DNA of 64,000 bases from Microcoleus sp. GTDB lineage: Bacteria > Cyanobacteriota > Cyanobacteriia > Cyanobacteriales > Microcoleaceae. Below are positions 40,521 through 50,287 of this stretch, one piece after another. The position numbers were made by a program, and so were the translations under genes. The stretch spans positions 384,001 to 448,000 of the forward strand of contig JAYFMW010000020.1 of assembly GCA_042408215.1 (NCBI GenBank), given 5' to 3'. Positions within the stretch are counted from its first letter, which is position 1. Every line of letters starts with the position of its first letter. The notes below the pieces were generated by a model, which saw only the letters and a program-made list of their open reading frames with translations, did not search any database and was not told where the DNA came from.

Positions 40521-41696
40521 CTACAAACTGATTAACTCAAGCAGGGCCTTAGCCAAATATTCATACTGCGGCAAAGTGTTGTAATACTGAGCCGAAATCC
40601 TTACCAGCCGCCCCCTTGCATCAGGCCAAGGAATCACCGGCACCTCTATTTTAAAAATCTCCCACAAAGCCTCTTGTAAAGGTGCAATTCCTCCCTTTGT
40701 AACCGCATCAGACTTTTCATCCGGGAGTTGTACAACAGCCATCGAACCCACCATTTCATCGGGACAAGGCTGCGGCAAATCTAATTTTTCCAGCAATATC
40801 TGTCTTCCTGCTAATGCCAAAGCATGATTTCGTTCCATTAATTCCGGCCATCCGCCATCCAACAAAGAACCCATAAAATCAATAGCAACAGGGACGCACA
40901 AATAGGGACTAGGATCGACAGTTCCCATCCAGTCAAATTCCAATTGAAAGCGCGATTTATCAGTACGCGGCGAATTAGCACCGTGACTGATAGTTGTTGG
41001 CCGAATAGCATCTTGCTTGTCGCGTCGCACGTACAAAAAACCAGCTCCTTTCGGCGCGCACAGCCACTTGTGGCAATTTCCAGTGTAGTAAGCAGCGCCA
41101 ATTTCATCTAAATTGAGCGCTACCATGCCCGGCGCGTGAGCACCGTCTACTAATACATCCACGCCGCAGTTAGCTAACTCGCTTACTAACTGTTTGATGG
41201 GAAAGATTAAACCCGTTTGACTTACAATATGGTCTAATAATGCTAACTTTGTTTTCGGTGAAACGCACTTAATTACCGCTTCAATAATTTGTTCCGGCGA
41301 CTCTATTGGAAACGGCACTTCGGCTAGGATTACTTTAGCGCCTGTGCGACTAGCAACAAAATCAAGTGTATTGCGACAAGCGTTGTATTCCTGACTGGTA
41401 GTTAGTAATTCGTCACCGGGCTCAAAAAAGAGCGATCGCAAAACCGCATTCACTCCCGTCGTCGCATTCGGCACAAAAACCAACTCATTCGCATCCGCCC
41501 CGATAAATGTCGCCAACTGATTTCTAGCTTGATCCAACAGTGGCTCAAATTCCCGCATCAAAAAGCGCAAAGGTTCCCTTTCCAACTGTTCTCGAAAACA
41601 GGTTTGTGCTTCGAGTACGGGAATTGGACAAGCGCCAAAAGAGCCGTGATTGAGAAAAGTTATATCGCGTTCGAGTAACCAATATTCTAGATTCAT
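40521..41696 (-). CDS. Class V PLP aminotransferase (isopenicillin N epimerase / C-S lyase-like)
   Basis: FLNHGSFG, VDGAHAPG, GNCHKWLCAPKG. Confidence 0.88.
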   Translation of the reverse strand: MNLEYWLLERDITFLNHGSFGACPIPVLEAQTCFREQLEREPLRFLMREFEPLLDQARNQLATFIGADANELVFVPNATTGVNAVLRSLFFEPGDELLTTSQEYNACRNTLDFVASRTGAKVILAEVPFPIESPEQIIEAVIKCVSPKTKLALLDHIVSQTGLIFPIKQLVSELANCGVDVLVDGAHAPGMVALNLDEIGAAYYTGNCHKWLCAPKGAGFLYVRRDKQDAIRPTTISHGANSPRTDKSRFQLEFDWMGTVDPSPYLCVPVAIDFMGSLLDGGWPELMERNHALALAGRQILLEKLDLPQPCPDEMVGSMAVVQLPDEKSDAVTKGGIAPLQEALWEIFKIEVPVIPWPDARGRLVRISAQYYNTLPQYEYLAKALLELISL

Positions 41697-41915
41697 TTGT
41701 GATTGGTAATTTGTAATTGGTAATGGGTAATTGGTAATTGGTAATTGGTAATTGGTAATTGGTAATTGGTAATTGTTATTTGTTGTTGGTAGGTGGGTGA
41801 CTATTATGTGTTGGTTATTGATTGTTGTTTAGAATAACCAATAACCAATAACCAATAACCAATAACCAATAACCAATAACCAATAACCAATAACTAATGA
41901 CTAATGACTAATGAC
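41697..41915. repeat. Opposed STRR heptamer arrays
   Basis: ATTGGTA and TAACCAA tandem units. Confidence 0.9.
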
Positions 41916-42510
41916 TAATTTTACCCTTTAATTGCTCAAACTCTTCAAGTGTATTGCAATTTGACAACATTACCGCTTCTCGTTCCCCTACAGGCAGAGG
42001 AATTGCCGCAATTTGACTCAACCACACTTGAAATGAACTCCCCCCTGACTCAATAAAAGTTTGCAAACTTGACAGAGATTGGCGATGGTAGAAGCCGCAC
42101 AAAGGTTCCCAACGCGAATTTTGATAAGGCACAATGGCTAAAGTAGATATTGGTACTGTCGTTAACTGATTGGCCCAATTCTGAATAATTTGGGCCTCCA
42201 ACAAAGGCAAATCGCAAGCTAAGAGTAAAATCCATTCAGCAGCAATTTCAGTCAATCCCTGAGTCAAAGCAACTAGAGGCCCGGAACCAGGATTATACTC
42301 TACCAGAAATTGGCATTCTTTAGTTAAAGTCGATCGATAGCGATCGGGCCAAGAAGTAAGAACATAAACTTCTGAAGTTAAACTCACAGCAACTTCGCAC
42401 GCCCGCTGCAATAAAGATTTACCCTCAATTTCTAAAAGAGCCTTATCCCTACCCATGCGCGAACTCTTGCCACCTGCAAGCACTAAAACAGCAATTTTAT
42501 CATTAGTCAT
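41908..42510 (-). CDS. mobA: Molybdenum cofactor guanylyltransferase
   Basis: LAGGKSSRMGRDKA, LLACDLP, EPLCGFY. Confidence 0.92.
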   Translation of the reverse strand: MTNDKIAVLVLAGGKSSRMGRDKALLEIEGKSLLQRACEVAVSLTSEVYVLTSWPDRYRSTLTKECQFLVEYNPGSGPLVALTQGLTEIAAEWILLLACDLPLLEAQIIQNWANQLTTVPISTLAIVPYQNSRWEPLCGFYHRQSLSSLQTFIESGGSSFQVWLSQIAAIPLPVGEREAVMLSNCNTLEEFEQLKGKISH

Positions 42511-42868
42511 TGGTTATGGGGAATAGGGAATAGGGAATGGGGCATTGGGCATGGGGCATCGATGCACTCTCGTCTTGGGAATTGGGAATTAGTAATGTGT
42601 GATTAGTATAGCCTTTCTCAGAAAGATGAGGTACGACTGGGCATAGGGCATGGGGCATGGGGCATAGGGCATAGGGTTCCGTGGGCATACCTCACTTTTT
42701 TGAGAACCGCTATAAGTGGTAATTTGTAGCAAAGAACAAATAGCAACTAACAACTAACAACTAACAACTAACAACTAACAACTAACAACTAACAACTAAC
42801 AACTAACAACTAACAACTAACTAACAACTAACCAATAACCCATGCCCGATGCCCGATGCCCCATGCCC
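42511..42868. repeat. STRR arrays with TATAGC-ended MITE at 42607-42714
   Basis: GGGCAT(A/G), CAACTAA heptamers; TATAGCCTTTCTCA...TGAGAACCGCTATA. Confidence 0.85.
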
Positions 42869-43933
42869 CTAAATTATCAAGTTAACAATTTTGCTAACCT
42901 CCTCAAGTTTTTGAACAACTTGACCGCTGAGCAACAAATTTTCTGCTTTGAGAAAACCCGAATTTAGATCCGAACAAACTCCGCAGCGCCACAGATAAAA
43001 TCCGCCGTTCCAGATAGCAGATTGCATCAATTCTGAAGGCTTGCCGAGCAAGACTTCCTGCATTTGTTTGAATAAATTTGAGGCGGATTCTAAGGCAGGA
43101 TTTGTGCTACTAAAACCGTAATCTGCGTGGGCTAAAAGCACTCGCTCGAAGGGAAGATCTGGCTTAGCAATACCAATAATAGCAGTGCGATCGCGTGGCA
43201 AATCGCAACTTCCTTCCAATCCTTTAACTGTGGTATAATTATTAATTCCCCGCAATTCTAAGGTCTTAATAAACATACCTTCCGTCGGTGGGTGCACGTA
43301 GCCGGAAATCAGGTGAACGTCCCCCGCACAGGGACACCACATCAACTCCATAGTGGAAAAAGGTGGCCGTTTGCCTATTTCGCGGCGGTAGGGAACTAAA
43401 GCAGCAGCTTGAGGAAAATGCCTGGGTATGTAAACAAAACCCAAACCCGTACTGTCAAAAACTTGCTGGACTTTTTCTAAAGAAAGTTTTGTCCAGTCAA
43501 CACCTAAACCGCGCCAAATGTCAATCAGGGGAATGCCTTCTTTTGTGGGCATTGTATCACCCCCGTGCATGAGAACCGGGACGCCGGAGGAGGCCAAAAT
43601 CAAAGCAGTCAAGGGACTAATTGGGGCTGTGCGCGATCGCCCGTCGTAAGCAACGCCAAACACCGCAACGCTGTTTACTGAAAACCCAGTTTCTCTGTTT
43701 GGGGAGGCCAGCTTCGGGCCCAATTCTTCATAAGCATCAAGCATTCCGGCCAACTCTTCCCCCGTCGGCCGTTTAATGCGGTGGGAAATCATAAAAGCTC
43801 CAATTTGAGCCGGTGTTGCTTCTTGCAGCAGCATCATCCGCGTTGCCGCTGCTGCTTCGTTTCGAGTTAAATTTTCTCCTGTATGTATTCCGCTGCCAAT
43901 TTTTCGTAGTAATTCTCTAAAAGCGTCACTCAT
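42869..43933 (-). CDS. cnaT: Anthranilate phosphoribosyltransferase-like protein (CnaT/YbiB)
   Basis: TrpD-like AQIGAFMI; directly downstream of ntcB as in Anabaena. Confidence 0.8.
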   Translation of the reverse strand: MSDAFRELLRKIGSGIHTGENLTRNEAAAATRMMLLQEATPAQIGAFMISHRIKRPTGEELAGMLDAYEELGPKLASPNRETGFSVNSVAVFGVAYDGRSRTAPISPLTALILASSGVPVLMHGGDTMPTKEGIPLIDIWRGLGVDWTKLSLEKVQQVFDSTGLGFVYIPRHFPQAAALVPYRREIGKRPPFSTMELMWCPCAGDVHLISGYVHPPTEGMFIKTLELRGINNYTTVKGLEGSCDLPRDRTAIIGIAKPDLPFERVLLAHADYGFSSTNPALESASNLFKQMQEVLLGKPSELMQSAIWNGGFYLWRCGVCSDLNSGFLKAENLLLSGQVVQKLEEVSKIVNLII

Positions 43934-44951
43934 GATCTTTAAAATTAGTAATTGGTAACTGGTAATTGGTAATTGGTAATTGGTAATTGGCGAGCGGTAA
44001 TTGATAATTAGTAATTTGCACAAATTGACGTACCAATTGACAGAAATCGGCGATCGGCGGAATTTGCATTCGATCGTGAGTTGTCACTAATACTACTTCG
44101 CGAGTCCAAGTCGGATCTGCTGTCGCACTGCCAAGATCAGAAACTTTGGAATTGGCGCGATTGCTTTCGATCGAGCGAATTGCTAAAGTGCGATCGACCC
44201 TCGCCTCCACCAAAGCCGAATGTGGCAACAAAGCAATCAATTCTCCCTGTCGTACCACACCCCGAAAAGCATCGAGAGTGTTCAACTCCAAAACAGCCTG
44301 AAGTTTAGCACCCATGCGTACAAATTGCTCTTGCACCATCCGCTGCATTCCGTAGCCATCCTTAAACACCACTTGCGGGTAACAAATCAATTCCTGCCAA
44401 GGCACTGATTCATACTTAGCCAGGGGATGACCCGCCGCCATCAACACCTCGATCGGCTCATTGTAGAGCACCTCAACCAACATTTCTGGGCCTTGAGTAA
44501 AATAGCGGTTGTTCATCACGATCGCCACATCCACCAAACCATCTTTGAGAACTTTCAGAGCTCGATCGCTCCCGAGGGCTGTCACCCGCAACTGCACCTC
44601 TGGATAGGTTTTACAAAATTTTTGGAGAACAGGTGGCAAATAAGCAGCACAAACCGAGTGAATAGCAGCTACGCAGAGTTCCGGTTGTTTGCCGGCGAGT
44701 AAGTCTCGCAATTCCTGACTGGCATTCTCCCAAGTCTGACAGATTTTGCGAGCGTGAGGCAACAGACGTTCTCCAGCCAAAGTCAGTTTGGCATGGGCGA
44801 TGCGGTGAAACAGCGACAAACCGAGTTCAGCTTCTAATCCCTGCACTTGGCGGCTAATGGTCGATTGAGTGACACCACACTTGCCCGCGGCTTGCTGAAA
44901 GCTGCCGGTTTGGGCAACAGAAAGAAATGCTTGAAGCTGCTCTAAACGCAT
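43926..44951 (-). CDS. ntcB: LysR family nitrate assimilation activator NtcB
   Basis: MRLEQLQAFL..GSFQQAA.KCGVTQSTISRQ, GKQPELC, LGSDRALKVLKDG, VFKDGYGMQR; NtcA box upstream. Confidence 0.85.
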   Translation of the reverse strand: MRLEQLQAFLSVAQTGSFQQAAGKCGVTQSTISRQVQGLEAELGLSLFHRIAHAKLTLAGERLLPHARKICQTWENASQELRDLLAGKQPELCVAAIHSVCAAYLPPVLQKFCKTYPEVQLRVTALGSDRALKVLKDGLVDVAIVMNNRYFTQGPEMLVEVLYNEPIEVLMAAGHPLAKYESVPWQELICYPQVVFKDGYGMQRMVQEQFVRMGAKLQAVLELNTLDAFRGVVRQGELIALLPHSALVEARVDRTLAIRSIESNRANSKVSDLGSATADPTWTREVVLVTTHDRMQIPPIADFCQLVRQFVQITNYQLPLANYQLPITNYQLPITNFKDHE

Positions 44952-45066
44952 GGAGGTTTAACTCTAGGTGACATTTGGTGCGATCGTCATCAATATTTGT
45001 AGCTGAAACCATGAATTTTATTGCATTTCCACATCTATCTTCTTCCTTCTGTTATACCTGCGAGTC

Positions 45067-45108
45067 ACATTAACCGATTTGCTCCCCAAGTTTAGTAGAT
45101 TTTGATAC
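45067..45108 (-). promoter_or_regulatory. NtcA-activated promoter of ntcB-cnaT
   Basis: GTATCAAAATCTAC, 22 nt, TAATGT on the minus strand. Confidence 0.8.
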
Positions 45109-45443
45109 AGCTACAGATTAGTTTTGATGGGCGGGCGATCGCGCTCCAGAGATTAGCAATAAACTGGAATTAGGGACTCGGCAATGGGGTGCGATCGCGA
45201 TCGCACCCACAGTGTCATCCAAAGGCAGAATTTTACCCTCTGGAGCGATCGCCCGGCTGAAAAATTTAGCACATCCGGTTTCCCACCCACCATCTCAAAA
45301 CTCAACACTTCGACACAACGACTGCATTTACCCGCTCGCGTAGCGGCGCACTGAGCGTAGTCGAAGTGTCGAAGTGTCGAAGGGCGAGCGTGCGCCACTT
45401 CGCTCAGTCACCGAAAGTCCACAATCCCAAACCGCCCTATCCC

Positions 45444-45673
45444 TATGTTGAAATCACTGTCAGCCATACCGGAATTGGCATTAGCAAGGAGTTTTTGCCG
45501 TTTTTGTTCGATCGGCTGGAGCCAAGCTGACAGCACTTCTACGCGCAATTACGGGGTCTGGGATTGAGATTGGCGATCGTCCGGCATTTGGTAGAACTAC
45601 ACGGCGGGACTGTCTGGGCCCAAAGTCCAGGGGAGCAGCAGGGATCAACGTTCGGAGTACAGCTACCACTTTA
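45444..45673 (+). pseudogene. Decayed HATPase_c fragment of a histidine kinase
   Basis: VEITVSHTGIGISKEFLPFLFDR / [11 protein letters not shown] / [26 protein letters not shown] spread over shifted frames. Confidence 0.8.
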
Positions 45674-45836
45674 ATCAGTTGACAGTTGTTAATTGTTAGT
45701 TGTGATTGGTTATTGGTTATTGGTTATAGCAACCTCTGGACGGTTATAGCTTGTAAAAGTATAGTCATTTATTACAGTGCCGTGGGAGGCATGAAGTCTC
45801 TCCCCTTTCTTTTTTACTTCGAGCGGATTGACCCTT

Positions 45837-47043
45837 CTAAAGCTGAACTACGCAGCTCTCTATCCCATTGCACAAGGCATTTGGGATTGCTTTTCTCAAT
45901 ATATTGTAAGACCCATTAACATCGGCATTAATTAATTGACCGCAGGATGTTTTGTATAATCCTCTCTTAATTCGTTGGCCACTAAATGTGACATCCAGGA
46001 CGCCAATACTCCCGTATACAGGAATTGGATCTAAATTTAGGAAACTGGATTGAGAAGTATATGAATCTTCCTGTACAATCACTTTTATTCCGACCAATTC
46101 AGCTTTGTATTCCAACATCTCAATTAATCGAGCATGAGGAACAGTTACGAAGTTCTGATTAGTTTTTTTTCCCAAATTAATCTCGTTTTTCCATTGCACA
46201 TTTTTCCCTATTACCAGAGTCCCAATCTTTTCTGAGCTTAAAATATTGATGATAGAACGACTGACCTAGTGTAAGTAATTCTCGATTTTTTGGTTTCTAC
46301 AACGAGTCAAGCGCTGAATCCTACGCGATGTTTTGCGACTTCCTTTTAGCTGAGATTGTAGCTGCACGCTTGTTGTAAAACTGATTAATTGATTTTAATG
46401 GTCGTCCGTTAATCAGTAAAGGGACAAATCCCGGCTGATTTGAAGTTAACGCCACTAAATTATTTAGCCCTAAATCGATACTAGCAATTGCTTCTTTCGG
46501 ATTTGGTGCGACGGTGGACTCCGGCTCATTATAAATTACCTCGATTACATAAGAATCACATTTTGGAACCAGTCTAAATTGACAAATTTGCTCTGGTTTT
46601 ACCAGGGTCTTAATCAAGATATTAGTCCCGGACAGATGGATAATTCCTTTCTTTAGTTGCTTGCTACTAATCGCCTGAATCGTATAGACGAGAATATTCC
46701 GACCCTTAACTTGATCTTTGTACTTGGGCAACTTTGGGCTACCAGTAAATTTTGTTGGCTCAATATTGTAAGCTTTAACGGCTTTAAAAAAAGATTTCCA
46801 ATTCTTGTCTAATATCATCAAGATTTGTTGACTTACCTTGGCTGGTAAGTCCTTGTATGCTTGATGAGACTTCATCAAACGGTTCATTTCGTTGTAATTG
46901 ATATAACCCCATCCATAGACAAAACTCTGACGAATAACGTAGTTAGCGACGTTGTAGAGATTTTTGGATTTAAAGGCTAATCCGTCAATTTCAACAAAAC
47001 GATTCTCGGTGGATTTAATGATATGTCTTTCTGCTAGTTGCAT
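45837..47043 (-). pseudogene. tnpB: TnpB RNA-guided endonuclease (IS200/IS605/IS607 group), disrupted
   Basis: KNLYNVANY, SIDLGLNNL, EDSYTSQ, NADVNGSYNI. Frameshift near 46365 and in-frame TAG at 46266-46268; no tnpA in window. Confidence 0.9.
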
Positions 47044-47152
47044 TCAGACTCTCCATTTTTTAACGCTCTCAATAATTCTCTCATTAGACCCTCCTGACTA
47101 TATGATACTACAATTGTCTATTGATGCTTACAATCTTAATGAAGTTTTATAA

Positions 47153-47436
47153 TACCAATTTAATGGGTCGTTGCATATATCTCGATCCCCCTAAATCCCC
47201 TTAATCAGGGAGTAGGGTGTGAGTAGGGGTTGACTTTGAGCAGAATCTTGTTCCCCCCTTATTAAGGGGGGTTAGGGGGGATCAGATTCTTGTTCCCCCC
47301 TTATTAAGGGGGGTTAGGGGATCAGAATCTTGTTCCCCCCTTATTAAGGGGGGTTAGGGGATCAGAATCTTGTTCCCCCCTTATTAAGGGGGGTTAGGGG
47401 GGATCAGATTCTACGGGGCCTCATAAAAAACTGGTA
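47153..47436. mobile_element. MITE-like element, inverted copy of 409-572 with 4x internal amplification
   Basis: TACCAATTT...AAACTGGTA; four 40-42 bp units at 47241-47404. Confidence 0.8.
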
Positions 47437-47469
47437 TTAGGACGTTGTTCATGGCCCAAACCATTGATT

Positions 47470-49710
47470 TTATTGCATTTCCCTTCTTCCTTCTTCCTTC
47501 TGCCTTCTGCCTTCTGCTATACTAGGACTCTGCTCTTGAGCGTAAGATTCATTGGTAAAATAGTAATGGCTGTGGGGTTCATTTTTAGGACTTACTCCAT
47601 TCACCACCAAGCCCAGAACGTGCTGACTGGATTTCTGCAAAAGCTCCTTCGCAAAAGCCACAGTACCAGAATTAAGAACTCCCGGCCGCACAACCAATAA
47701 AATCCCATCTGCTTTCTTCCCCAGAATCAGAGCATCAGCAGCAACATTCACAGCAGGAGCATCAATAATCACTGCATCATAACTAGCCGAAAATTGCTTA
47801 ATTAACGAAGTGATCCGCTGCGAATCTAAGAGAGCCATTGGATTAGGTGGAATCACCCCGCAAGTCAGCACATCTAAATTATCCATGACTGGGGCGATCG
47901 CACTTTTCAATTCAGCCTGTCCCACGATCACATTGCTCAAGCCTACTAGATTAGGAAGTTCCCAAATCCGATGTTGAACAGGACAGTGCATATCCGCATC
48001 TACCAGCAAAACCTTCCGTCCTAATTGAGCTATAGCTACAGCCAAATTAGCCGATACAGTAGACTTACCCTCTTGCGGTAGCGAACTACTGACAACAATC
48101 ACTTTCAGCTCTTTATCAGAACTCAGAAACCTCAGATTTGCCTGAAGCATTCGGTAAGCAGCACTGCTCGAAGTATGAGGAGTACCTCTAACAACAATCG
48201 GTCGAGGAGATAGCTCTAAATCCTGCGAAGCAGACTTAAGCCGCCAGGAATTGCGCCGAGTATTTTTGTCAGACTTTCTCTGGAAAGGAATCACCCCCAA
48301 CAAAGTCAACCCAAACAATTCCCTCGCCTCTTCAATAGTTTTCACAGACTTATCTTGAGACTCTAAAACCAGCGCCGCAGCTAGAGCAAGCAGAGTTCCC
48401 AACAAAGTACCCGACACCAGCAATAAAGACTTACGAGAACTCATTGGTTCTTCAGGAACACTCGGCATTTGGATAATGCGAGCGTTCCCCACTTGCTGAT
48501 TTTCAGTAATCCGAATTTCCTGAAGTTTTTTCTGCAATTCCTGATAATCCGCTTCGGCTTCTTGGAGTTTCCTTTCAAGTTCCCGCTTTTCCTTCTCTAG
48601 CTTCGGCAAAACTTTGACCCGCTGCTTGTAGCCAGCTAGAGCATTTGATAAAAGAGTAACTCGCTCAGCCAAACCCTGGCGTTCTACATCTACCTTGATA
48701 AATTCTTCGATCAGTTTTGGTTTCACATCTCCTATCTGTAAACTTTGATTTTCCAACGGCTGTTGACCACCTAAAACTTGTTGTATTTGTTGGTCTAGTA
48801 AAGCTTTCATAGTAGCTTTCTTAGTTTCTAACCTAATGATTATCGGCGAAGTTTCCACGTAGCGATTTTGCTCAATTGCTAACTGCCTCTCTATTTGTTT
48901 GTATTCTTTCAGAGCTTCCTGCACAGTGCTAGATTGGCTGAGAGTGCTGGCCGCCAATGCTTGCTGGGGATTCATTTGTAATTGGTCTTCAAATGCTTTG
49001 GACTTAGTATTTGCCTTGAGCAAATCAGACTTAGCTTGGTCGATTTGACTTTCTAGTCCCGCCATAACCGTTAGTGCTGAGCTAGCTTCTTGTTCAAGAT
49101 TTACAACTTTATTATCTTCTTTAAATTTGCTCAATTCTGCGGCAGCTTTCCGCATATTTTTGTCTGAATTAGGCAGTTTTTTTTCAATAAACTGTCGAAC
49201 AGACACAGCTTCTAGCCGATTGACTTTTTGATTGTTATCCAGATAATAAGTCATCAGAGTTTTCACGACATCTGCTGCTATCTTCGGGCTTTTGTCTTTG
49301 TAGGAAACCGTGAGAATATCAGCTCCCCGAATAGTAGCTACTGTCAGTTTTTTCAAAAAATTTTTTGTTTTAATCAGATGATTGTTTTCGTCTTTTAAGT
49401 GAAGTCTATTGATAGTTTTTTCGACAATTTCGACAGAACGAATCAGTTCGATCTCGGTAGTCAGAGGGTTACTTTGCTCCGCCGCCGGAGTCAACTGTCC
49501 GATTTCTTTTCCCAATTCTGTTAAAGCAGAGCCAGGAGTTGTTTTCTTAAATAACAGCTTTCCTTCTGCTTCATAAACTGCTTTTTCCTTAAGAGTGCTG
49601 TAGGCGGTGAGTGCCAGAACCGAGGCAAATACAGCTAAGGCTGGTAGCCACCGGCGCTTCAGAATCTGCCAGTATGCCTGAAATCCCATACCAGTTTCAG
49701 TTGATTCCAT
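47470..49710 (-). CDS. wzc: Polysaccharide co-polymerase / tyrosine autokinase (Wzc/GumC family)
   Basis: Two TMs, coiled coil, Walker A PQEGKST, LLVDAD, IIDAP, Tyr-containing tail. Confidence 0.9.
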   Translation of the reverse strand: MESTETGMGFQAYWQILKRRWLPALAVFASVLALTAYSTLKEKAVYEAEGKLLFKKTTPGSALTELGKEIGQLTPAAEQSNPLTTEIELIRSVEIVEKTINRLHLKDENNHLIKTKNFLKKLTVATIRGADILTVSYKDKSPKIAADVVKTLMTYYLDNNQKVNRLEAVSVRQFIEKKLPNSDKNMRKAAAELSKFKEDNKVVNLEQEASSALTVMAGLESQIDQAKSDLLKANTKSKAFEDQLQMNPQQALAASTLSQSSTVQEALKEYKQIERQLAIEQNRYVETSPIIIRLETKKATMKALLDQQIQQVLGGQQPLENQSLQIGDVKPKLIEEFIKVDVERQGLAERVTLLSNALAGYKQRVKVLPKLEKEKRELERKLQEAEADYQELQKKLQEIRITENQQVGNARIIQMPSVPEEPMSSRKSLLLVSGTLLGTLLALAAALVLESQDKSVKTIEEARELFGLTLLGVIPFQRKSDKNTRRNSWRLKSASQDLELSPRPIVVRGTPHTSSSAAYRMLQANLRFLSSDKELKVIVVSSSLPQEGKSTVSANLAVAIAQLGRKVLLVDADMHCPVQHRIWELPNLVGLSNVIVGQAELKSAIAPVMDNLDVLTCGVIPPNPMALLDSQRITSLIKQFSASYDAVIIDAPAVNVAADALILGKKADGILLVVRPGVLNSGTVAFAKELLQKSSQHVLGLVVNGVSPKNEPHSHYYFTNESYAQEQSPSIAEGRRQKEEGRREMQ

Positions 49711-49817
49711 AAATTACTCCAGAAAAGTGATTTATTGGTAAAAAGTGTAGATTAAACATTGCCAAAAATTCAGTTTTAGCCTAAACAGCATAAGGCTTAC
49801 AGACTCATTCTTGAAGA

Positions 49818-49927
49818 TATAGCAGTTCTCAATCTTGGTGAGCTATGCCCTATGCCCTATGCCCTATGCCCTATGCCCTATGCCCGCTTATCAAGCGTGC
49901 ACCGCACTGTTACTGAGAAAGGCTATA
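49818..49927. mobile_element. TATAGC-ended MITE-like element with CTATGCC heptamers
   Basis: TATAGCAGTTCTCA...TGAGAAAGGCTATA. Confidence 0.7.
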
Positions 49928-50287
49928 TCTGTTATATCACTTAAGTCAAAACTGTCATTTCTTTAAGAAATATGTTGTTTGTGTTCCAGATCACAGACAT
50001 TTTTTTTTATTTTTATTAAACGCAATGTAAAGTTTTATAAATTTATCACCGATCGAAGCAGTGGTAGGACAAGATAGATGCAGCAGGTGATATTTAAAAA
50101 AAAACAATTTAGCAAAAAAAAAATTAGGATACGGGAGATGTTCTTTGTACTATCACCTGAATGATATCACTTGAGTGATACCAGATTTAAAGGCTGATTA
50201 ATTTCAGATGCCAGGGTGGTACAAACAAACACCTTAGCGTCAGGTACTAGAGCTTGTTTTGGTAAACTTGTTATCTAAGAGCGTGTT

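Noticed and set aside
47241..47404. Possible CRISPR array
   Set aside because: Units are directly adjacent with no unique spacers and no cas genes; it is an internal MITE amplification
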